Source of the DNA: Fonticula alba ATCC 38817
Lineage: Eukaryota; Protista; Nucleariida
Strand: one strand, 5' to 3'
DNA length: 6,415 nt
NCBI GenBank assembly: GCA_000388065.2
Contig: KB932203.1
A model generated the notes under the pieces. The model had not been told where the DNA came from. It was given only the letters and a program-made list of their open reading frames with translations, and ran no database searches. Numbering within the stretch: the first letter of the stretch is position 1; each line of letters begins with the position of its first letter. The position numbers were made by a program, and so were the translations under genes. This document shows positions 1-6,175 of this stretch, piece by piece.

Positions 1-160
1 TGTGCTGTTGTGCTGTTGTGCTGTTGTGCTGCTGTGCTGTTGTGCTGCTAAACTGTTACACTGCCATGCTGCCATGCTGTCATGCTGTCATGCTACCATG
101 CTGTCCTCCTGTCCTCCTGTCCTCCTGTCCTCCTGTCCTCCTGTCCTCCTGTCCTCCTGC
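1..160 (+). repeat. Compound 8-bp minisatellite, 20 units in one register (may continue left of the window)
   Basis: Parsed directly: TGTG-CTGY x6 (1-48), TAAACTGT and TACACTGC (49-64), CATG-CTRY x5 (65-104), CCTC-CTGY x7 (105-160). Confidence 0.95.
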
Positions 161-264
161 TCCTCTATCCTGTTACCCCGGTGTATCCTCTTGCCCACCT
201 GCCCTCGTCATGCCCGCCCCCCACCCTCCCCGCCCTCCGCCACACCATCCTCGCCGACCGACAG

Positions 265-1071
265 ACAATCACCTTCGGCCCAAACTCCGAGCTGGATGAG
301 TACAACATCTCCATGCAAAACAGCCTCGCGCGGCAGATCCACGACACGGAGCAGCTCCTGGAGCACCACTCGACGGATCGCCCCGATGCCGCCTCCCCCG
401 ACCAGGCGGCCATCACCGCTGCCCTTGGGCATCTACGCCAGGCGTTTGACGCCCTCCGCGGTGCCGGGTCGTCGACTGCCGCCGCCGGCGGGCGCGATGC
501 CAGCACCAGCACCAACGGTGGCGGCGGCGGCGGCGGCGGCGGCGGGAGCAGTGGTGGTGGCAATGGCGGCCGGGACAGCGGCGGCCGCGCTGATGGCCAG
601 GTTTCTCGGCCACCTCCGCCACCTCCGCCGCCCGCCCCTCCCGGGCCGGCCTCATCAACCGGCTCGGCCCGCTCAGTGCCGGTCACCGAGGCCCGGCCAT
701 CGGCCACCGATGACGGCTGCCTCCTCTCCATGGAGTCGCACTCCTCCTCCGGCATGGCCGAACCCCCCACCCCCAGCAACAGCGGCGCCGGCGCCGGTGC
801 GCCTTCTCCGCCCCCGCCCGGGAGTGCTGCCCCCTTGATGGATCCTGCTCCTGCTGCCCCTGCCATTGCTCCTGCGACCACGGGTACGACCAGCAGCCCC
901 TCGCCCCCTCCTTCCCCTTCGCGCGGGCTGGGCCTCTCCTCCGGTGGCGGTGGCGACGGCGACTGTCGGGCCCTGGCTGGTCAGCAGCAAATCCGGCGCT
1001 CCTGCCCCGAAGGGGAGGCCGCGGCCCCGGCGCCGGTGGCCAAGCGCCCTCGCGCCGACGCCGCTCCCTAG
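265..1071 (+). CDS. Probable 3'-terminal coding exon (268 aa) of a hypothetical protein: short helical segment, then G/P/S/A low-complexity tail with a C-terminal NLS-like motif
   Basis: Frame of ORF 82..1071. Codons become G/C-ending and protein-like from about 241 (TITFGPNSELDEYNISMQNSLARQIHDTEQLLEHH...AITAALGHLRQAFDALR). A C-rich tract plus CCGACAG| at 263-264 gives a phase-0 acceptor. The alternative is a start at ATG 313 (252 aa). The stop is TAG 1069-1071. The ORF's N-terminus (82-160) is only translated 8-mer repeat. Confidence 0.6.
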   Translation, partial: TITFGPNSELDEYNISMQNSLARQIHDTEQLLEHHSTDRPDAASPDQAAITAALGHLRQAFDALRGAGSSTAAAGGRDASTSTNGGGGGGGGGGSSGGGNGGRDSGGRADGQVSRPPPPPPPPAPPGPASSTGSARSVPVTEARPSATDDGCLLSMESHSSSGMAEPPTPSNSGAGAGAPSPPPPGSAAPLMDPAPAAPAIAPATTGTTSSPSPPPSPSRGLGLSSGGGGDGDCRALAGQQQIRRSCPEGEAAAPAPVAKRPRADAAP

Positions 1072-1087
1072 AGAGTAGCCGCGTGTC

Positions 1088-1590
1088 CTTCCCCCCCCCC
1101 CCTGGTGCACCATGCCCTTTCTTGTTCAGCCCTCTCTCCCTCTTCCTTCCCCCTTTTCGGGCGCGAGCGCGTGACACGCGCACCTCCCCCCTGTGCTGCT
1201 CTCCCCCCCCCCTCCCTTCCCCTCTCCCCTCCTCCCCTCCCCTCCCTGCTTGATGCGGGGTGCGTGCGCGTGCGCGGCCATGCGCCCATGCGAGAGGGGG
1301 GGGGGACGGGCGGGGAGCGGGCGGGACGGCTGTGCCCAGACGCGAGAGTGCTACACGCGCACGCCTGCCCTGCATACACATGTCCCCTCCCTTTTCCTGC
1401 CCCTCCCCCCGCTCCCTTTCATCTGCCTCCCTCCCTCCCCCGCCCCCCCCCCCCCTCTCGCTGTCTTTTCCCCTACCTCTCCCCATCGTCGGTTGCCCTT
1501 CCTGCCGCCTATCTTCCCCCGTTTGTCTCGCCTTTTTTTCCTCCTTCCGCGATTCCCCCCTCATTTTTGTCCCTCCCACCCTCTTCCACG
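1088..1590 (+). repeat. Pyrimidine-rich (C/T) low-complexity region with several oligo-C runs; likely 3'UTR, intergenic or intronic
   Basis: Visible C/T skew on + at about 1088-1250 and 1385-1590, interrupted by an RY/G-rich patch. Confidence 0.7.
1296..1325 (+). other. Canonical G-quadruplex-forming motif
   Basis: G10-AC-GGG-C-GGGG-AGC-GGG-C-GGG fits G3+N1-7 x4. Confidence 0.7.
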
Positions 1591-1591
1591 A

Positions 1592-1617
1592 GTGTGTGTC
1601 TGTGTGTGTGTGTGTGT
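1592..1617 (+). repeat. (TG)n microsatellite, one interruption
   Basis: gtgtgtgtc tgtgtgtgtgtgtgtgt read directly. Confidence 0.95.
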
Positions 1618-1725
1618 ATTGCTTCTCCTCCTCATTTCCCCTGCGCATGTCCTTGAATTTGTCCCCATATCCACGTATTTTCTCCCAGTACTAGAGAGAG
1701 GGGGGGGGGGAGGGGGTGTCTGGGT

Positions 1726-1828
1726 CACATGTATGCAGTGTGTGCATACATGCATGTGTATATGCGTGTTTACGTGTGTGTGTGTGTCTGTGTGTGTGTA
1801 TCTGTCTGTCTGTCTGTCTGTCTGTCTG
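1726..1828 (+). repeat. Alternating purine/pyrimidine (TG-like) tract followed by (TCTG)7
   Basis: Degenerate RY/TG repeat at 1726-1800; TCTG x7 at 1801-1828. Confidence 0.9.
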
Positions 1829-1861
1829 CATGGACGTGAGAAGCCGGTGGCAAGGGGAGCA

Positions 1862-1903
1862 CCCTCTGCCTGCTCGCCTCCCTCTGCCTGCTCGCCTCCC
1901 TCT
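1862..1903 (+). repeat. 18-bp tandem duplication (2.3 copies)
   Basis: CCCTCTGCCTGCTCGCCT at 1862-1879 and 1880-1897, plus CCCTCT at 1898-1903. Confidence 0.9.
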
Positions 1904-2023
1904 ACGCCCTCTCCCCCCTCTCCGACCTCCCCGCCCTCCTCGACTCTTAGCAGCCTGTACTCTGCATCCCACCACGCCGCCACTGACGTGCCAGCTGAAA
2001 AACCCTCCTCGTGTGCTCGGCAG

Positions 2024-2460
2024 ATGATGGCGCAGCCTCGGCCGCGGCCGGCAGCCCGGCAGGCCGCTCGGGCCGTGAATCGGGCTCTCGCTCGGCCAAC
2101 TCATCGCCCTCCCCCTCGCCAAGCCCCTCCACGCAGTTTGTCCAGGGTTTGCTGAGCTCCTTGAGGTCGCTGGTGCCGAGGGGGAGCCCCGGGCCCAGCA
2201 GCGACGCCGCAAGTCACCGGCCCTCGAACCCGCCGGCCGCGCAAGTTCCCGACTCGGCGCGCTCCAGTAGCCGGTCCTTTGACATCCTCTCGCAGTCCAG
2301 CAGCGACGGCGCGTCTGACCCCTCCTCACCGGGGAGAGGCGGCTCGGCCGAGGAGGCCACTGGCCGGCCACCACCGGGCGCCGCCTCGGCCAGTTCCTCG
2401 GCCGCATCGCTGACACCCTACGCCAAGGTGCAGGACCCGGGGGCCGGCCCGCCGGAGTAG
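2024..2460 (+). CDS. Candidate terminal exon encoding a Ser/Ala/Pro-rich segment (strand ambiguous, see findings)
   Basis: The frame is open from after TGA 1996-1998 to TAG 2458-2460 with no in-frame ATG. The only usable acceptor is CGGCAG| at 2022-2023 (phase 1), with CTGAC at 1983-1987 as a possible branch. The end reads TAC GCC AAG GTG CAG GAC (YAKVQD), which is coding-like. Confidence 0.4.
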
Positions 2461-2508
<48 letters not shown>

Positions 2509-2539
2509 GCCCCCCGGGGCCCCCCCCCCCCCCCCCCCC
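2461..2539 (+). repeat. Homopolymer block C46-G3-C6-G4-C20
   Basis: Counted directly; it begins immediately after TAG 2458-2460. Confidence 0.9.
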
Positions 2540-2680
2540 TGCGCCTCCCTGTGTCCCGCCCGACCGAGCGTCCCCGGGCGCCTTTTTCCTCCCTGTCCGC
2601 GACATCCGGGCGGGGGCAGGAGGCGCGGGGACGGGGAGGGGGGCAAGGGGGCGAGAGCAAACACGCGTTCTCCCTCCGCC

Positions 2681-2697
2681 AAAAAAAAAAAATAGAA
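2681..2697 (+). terminator. A12 tract merging into AATAGA, a possible polyadenylation signal variant
   Basis: AAAAAAAAAAAATAGAA, about 230 nt after the TAG at 2460. AATAGA is a known minor PAS variant. No AATAAA was seen here. Confidence 0.2.
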
Positions 2698-2888
2698 CGC
2701 CATGCTCACTGCGCATGCAGGAAGGGTGCCATCGATTGGCGGTGGCGGTGATGCAGACCGCAGGGGGATTGCCCACGCGCGCGCCCCTGTCGTCCCCTGG
2801 TAGAGGAGGAAAGGAGGCAGGCAGAGAGAGAGAGAAGAGCAGATGCATTCATGACATTCTATCCGCATGGCCGCACAGCACCGGACGG

Positions 2889-3058
2889 TCAGCCAAACTC
2901 CAGGCACACATAGATCCCGGTGGTGGCGGTGGCGGGGGGTTTGCGCCGGCGCCTGCCGGTCGGGGCGTCGCCCTCGCTCGAGGCGTCGGTGTTGGCAAGC
3001 AGCGGCGGCGGCGGCGGCGGCGGCCCGGGTGTCGATGACGAGGCCGGCGGCTGCGAGC
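2889..3058 (-). CDS. Candidate terminal exon of the - strand gene (GSQPPASSSTPGPPPPPPPLLANTDASSEGDAPTGRRRRKPPATATTGIYVCLEFG*)
   Basis: G/C-ending codons in the frame of ORF 2889..3647. The acceptor CTGGCAG| (3061-3059) is phase 1, matching the phase-1 donor at 3548. An alternative phase-1 AAAG| would start the exon at 3082. The stop is TGA 2891-2889. Confidence 0.45.
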
Positions 3059-3548
3059 CTGCCAGGGTGAATGTGTCGACATCTTTTTTTTTTTTTTGTT
3101 TCGTGCGCCGCACAGAGGGAGGCGCGAGAAGGCGGACAAATGCCGCATGGGGCAGGGCCCCCCAAAGGGGCGTGGGCGCGTGCGTGCGTGCGCATGAGAT
3201 CGCTCGGTCAGCCGGCGCGGCACCATCAAGCTTGGCGGCGACGCATCCGTGCGCACCTCGGATTGTGCAAAGCCGCTGCGCTTGCATCAGACTGGCAGCC
3301 GAAATGCAGTTGGGGATGGCTGCATCGCCGGCGGCCGGGGAGAGGGGCGAAGCGTGCCGGGGCACATGCACGTGTGGATACACATGCACACACACACACA
3401 CACACAGAGGGTAGCGACAGAGCATCAGGAACCGCATACGGGCCAGGAGGAGGCATGGCGGCAGGTCCCCCCCCGCCCTCGCCGAGCAGCGAGGCCCCCC
3501 CTCCCCCCCCCTCCCTCCCCCCCGGCGCGCGGCTGCTTGTGAACGTAC
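3059..3548 (-). other. Candidate 490-nt intron containing (CA)10 at 3387-3406 and T14 at 3084-3097 (+ strand view)
   Basis: Donor GGG|GTACGT at 3548, acceptor CAG at 3059. Protein-like sequence degrades soon after the donor, and microsatellites lie inside the interval. Confidence 0.4.
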
Positions 3549-4065
3549 CCCGGCCCACGGCCACCAAGAAGATAACCCGGCTGCGGTCCATGTTGCCGAT
3601 GGCCTGGGAGACGATCTGGTCGATGGATCGGCACTGGCCGCAGTCAATCAGGATGTCCACCGGCCCGGCGGCGACCCCGTCGCTCGGCCCGGGCCAGTCG
3701 GCCGACACGCGCGGCAGATGCGCCCGAAGGAGGTGGAAGTCCAGTGCCCCGGGCCCGGCTGCGCCTTGCATCGAGCCGGGTGCCGTGTCATGCGCCGACG
3801 GCGATGGAACCAGCACCGTGGCCTTGCCCCCGCCGGGGCGGTGCCCGGCGCCGGCTGCCTCGATGGCCTGCAGGTAGGCCCGGTCTTCGGATGTGGCCTC
3901 CGAGGGGAAGAAAAAGCCGGCCCGGCCGCCGGAGCCGGCATCGCCAGCCTCCCCGACCCGGGGCCCGGTGCCGGCCGGATGGTGCGCGCGCCCCCGAGCC
4001 GGGCCCGTCTGGTGCCACTCGCGTGGCTGCCCCTGCCGATGGGGCGGTCCCCGGGAGCTCATCCT
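3549..4065 (-). CDS. Coding exon of a hypothetical protein with an apparently folded alpha/beta segment
   Basis: Frame of ORF 3226..4233 with strongly G/C-ending codons. It reads SEDRAYLQAIEAAG...KATVLVP...LDFHLLRAHL...VDILIDCGQCRSIDQIVSQAIGNMDRSRVIFLVAVGR. ATG 4062 has A at -3. The exon is bounded by a long polypyrimidine tract plus CAG and by GTACGT. Confidence 0.7.
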
Positions 4066-4181
4066 CTGGTTGTGGCGTTGCAACGGGAGCCAGGAGAAAG
4101 AGAGGCCAGGTGAGCGGGTAAGGGGGGAGGCGAGAGAGGGAGAGGGAGAGAGAGAGAGAGAGAGAGGGGGAGATAATTCAC
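4066..4181 (-). promoter_or_regulatory. Polypyrimidine tract and 3' splice site; candidate 116-nt intron
   Basis: On -: GCG|GTGAAT at 4181, a (CT)-rich tract of about 50 nt (GA-rich on +, 4120-4173), GCTCAC as a possible branch, and the first downstream AG in ACAACCAG| at 4067-4066. Confidence 0.5.
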
Positions 4182-4451
4182 CGCAGGGGTGTGGGGGGTG
4201 TGCAGCACTCGGCTGCATGCACGGAGAATACACCCGCCCGAGGGGGCGGGGCGTCCAGCAACCAGCCCCATGAGACCTGCATCCGGGCTTGCCGCCGGCC
4301 CCCTCCGCCCCCCCCCCACCTCCGGGCCCCCGGACCCCCCGGCCCCCACTCCGTCCAACGAGAGACTCAACGCGAGCCCACTGCGATCTGTTGATCGGGG
4401 GCCGGCCAGAGGCGCATCACGCCGGCGGTGCTGCCAATCACGCGACACGTG
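4182..4451 (-). CDS. Candidate internal exon (90 codons, phase 0 at both ends), G/A/P/R-rich
   Basis: GCTGAT branch-like motif (4498-4493), an AG-free pyrimidine-rich spacer, then CTGTAG| at 4454-4452. The frame of ORF 4059..4448 is open to the donor at 4181, which joins in frame to 4065. Confidence 0.3.
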
Positions 4452-4672
4452 CTACAGTGTCGGAAGGGGATCCCGAAGAGCAGAGCGCCAGTATCAGCCC
4501 CGCTTAACCTCGGCCGCGAGGCGGAGGGGCGTCCACGCGCACACGCATTGGTGTTGGGGGGTGGGCAGACGTCCGTTTTTTTTTTCTATTCGGCTCCACA
4601 CATGGAGAGGGGCCGGCGGGGCCGGGGCCGCGAGGAGGCCGGGATGCGGGCACGACGTGTGCCGCGCTCGCG

Positions 4673-4689
4673 CCCCCCCCCCCCCCCCC
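4673..4689 (+). repeat. C17 homopolymer
   Basis: Counted directly. Confidence 0.9.
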
Positions 4690-5061
4690 GGCCCTCCGGC
4701 TGCCAGGCCGGCGGGGCAAAGGTGCGCCCGGGGCGTCCGCCCGCGTACGTGCCCATCCAGGGGTCGGGACACAAAAGGCGTTCAGAGCGTGGTCGCGCAA
4801 TTAGTCACAGGTGGGCGCTCGCTCGCCCATGGGGCGTCCTGGCCGACGGCAGGCGCGCCCGGCCGGCGCCGCGCGCCGGTTCCCCCCTCCTTGAAGGTGG
4901 GTTGCCGCCGAGTCCCGCCCGGACCCGGGGGCCCGGGCGCGCCAATCCGCAAATGAGCCACGCGCGCTCGGCCGTCTGTCCCCCACCACGCCGGGCCGGG
5001 CCGCGCCCGGGCCCCCGCCGAACGCGGGGACCGGAAATTAGCCCTCCGTCCGCCCATCTCC

Positions 5062-5068
5062 TGTGTGT

Positions 5069-5099
<31 letters not shown>

Positions 5100-5105
5100 G
5101 GGGGG
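5062..5105 (+). repeat. (TG)11 fused directly to G23
   Basis: TG repeat at 5062-5083 runs into G at 5083-5105. Confidence 0.95.
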
Positions 5106-5307
5106 CCACCAGCGGGATGGGCCCGGCCGCCCGGGGTCTGTGTGCGCAGGCCGCGGGCTTGTGCAAATGGGCACCGGCATGCGCGCGGTCATTGCCCTGG
5201 CATGCGGGGGCGCAGGCGCGCCGTGTAAAAACGGATGGTGCTCGCCCTGGGCAAGCCCGTTTGGGTGGGGCTCTGGTGGTGGGTTATTTTGTGCCGGCCC
5301 TCCCGGA

Positions 5308-5503
5308 GGGGGGGGGGGGGGNNNNNNNNNNNNNNNNNNNNNNNNNNNNNNNNNNNNNNNNNNNNNNNNNNNNNNNNNNNNNNNNNNNNNNNNNNNNNNN
5401 NNNNNNNNNNNNNNNNNNNNNNNNNNNNNNNNNNNNNNNNNNNNNNNNNNNNNNNNNNNNNNNNNNNNNNNNNNNNNNNNNNNNNNNNNNNGGGGGGGGG
5501 GGG
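5308..5503. other. Assembly gap of 170 N (5322-5491) flanked by G14 and G12
   Basis: Seen directly. ORFs spanning it are not interpretable. Confidence 0.99.
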
Positions 5504-6117
5504 ACGCCTTTCAGGCGGGCATCCCCCATTGGCGGGGGCACTTCCGCCGCGCGTCCCTCCTGTTGGCGCCGCCGCGCGCCCCTTTTTTCGGGCCCGGCCC
5601 AAGGATGGCGGCCGAATTCCAGCGGCATCCGTTCGAGGCCCTCTGGAATGGCCCCCCATTCCAACCTGAGACCCGACCTCAGGGCGGCGGCCTTGCCCTT
5701 TCCGCCGGCCGGAGGTGTCCCCCTACCCTCGGCCCGCCCCCTGGGCTCCGCCGGGGGAGGGCGCTGACGTGCATGCTCCCCAGCCCCGGCGCGGCGCCCG
5801 GGCCCGAGAGATTGTTTCATCGGGAGGGAGGCTCTCTCTCTCTGTCTCTCTGCCTCTCTGCGGGCCGGCCTGTGGCAGCAGGCGAGCGAGCCGGCGCGCG
5901 TGTGCTCGCAGGGGGGGGGGGGGGGGGGGGGCACCGGCGGCGAGGGCCGCTGTGCGTGGGCCGCCGCGCCACCGCCGGCCGCGCCCTGCGCATCGGCACG
6001 CGCCCGCGGGTATGCATTTGTCTCGCCTGGCGATCGGCCCGGCCCCGCGGGCGGCTTCGAGTGGCCAACGATCGACCCAAGCGCCAGCGGTCCATGTCCG
6101 CGCTGTTGGGCGCGTGC
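5504..6117 (-). CDS. Weak candidate exon of a - strand gene (ARAQQRGHGPLALGSIVGHSKPP...LRLEWGAIPEGLERMPLEFGRHPW...)
   Basis: The frame of ORF 5284..5934 is also open upstream to 6117, directly after a GCTAAC...CAG acceptor. It crosses a C21 run and a GA repeat, which argues against one continuous exon. Confidence 0.25.
5832..5931 (+). repeat. (CT)-rich tract (5832-5860) and G21 homopolymer (5911-5931)
   Basis: Read directly. Confidence 0.9.
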
Positions 6118-6175
6118 CTGCCTCGGCGGGCTCTCCCGTTAGCTCTTTGCCCCGGCCGGGCCAGCGTTCGCCAAC
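6118..6175 (-). other. Candidate 58-nt spliceosomal intron
   Basis: CAG|GTTGGC...GAGCTAAC...GAGGCAG|. It has a canonical fungal-type branch site, and the first YAG downstream is used. Both ends are phase 0 in the flanking open frames. Confidence 0.35.

Noticed and set aside
1-160. CRISPR array or telomeric repeat
   Set aside because: Units are 8 nt and contiguous, with no unique spacers and no cas genes. There is no TTAGGG-like G-rich unit.
2-838. ORFs 2..838 and 18..299 with Cys/Leu-rich N-termini
   Set aside because: They are translations of the 8-mer array from GTG starts, running in off-frames of the probable exon.
165-881. - strand 238-aa ORF
   Set aside because: It is a wobble-sharing antisense shadow of the + exon (e.g. 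SELDEY mirrored as YSSSSE), with the S/W/C/M-rich composition typical of shadows.
683-2155. Long ORFs across 1071-2000 (683..1648, 1105..1656, 1193..2155, 1260..1694)
   Set aside because: They translate C/T tracts and TG repeats (VCVCVC, THTHT, PPPP). Stop codons are simply rare at this composition.
2849-3082. Arg-rich protamine-like ORF MSTHSPWQARSRRPRHRHPGRRRRRRR
   Set aside because: The poly-Arg comes from a (CCG)n repeat read in an alternative frame. The overlapping frame has better codon usage and a phase-matched splice partner.
3071-4121. + strand ORFs 3071..3877, 3718..4113 and 3744..4121, and donor-like CAG|GTGAGC (4110) and GTAAGG (4118)
   Set aside because: They are antisense shadows of the stronger - strand exon. 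The donor-like motifs are the complements of branch-like GCTCAC/CCTTAC in the - strand pyrimidine tract. They are not fully excluded without stranded data.
4430-5600. Herpesvirus repeat, immediate-early promoter or pac-signal region
   Set aside because: High GC, C/G runs and CCAAT/Ets motifs are superficially similar. However, no recognisable herpesviral protein, OBP site (CGTTCGCAC) or complete pac1/pac2 arrangement was found, and the scaffold gap plus microsatellite-rich introns fit a cellular genome better.
5631-5639. Pol III B-box-like GTTCGAGGC suggesting a tRNA or SINE
   Set aside because: There is no A-box at suitable spacing and no cloverleaf stems.
5580-5649. Slippery heptamer (CCCTTTT/TTTTTTC) followed by an H-type pseudoknot topology (GGATG/CATCC, ATTCCAG/CTGGAAT)
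   Set aside because: The stems are only 5 and 7 bp, the spacer is about 13 nt, and the -1 frame stops at 5669. + strand coding here is unsupported.
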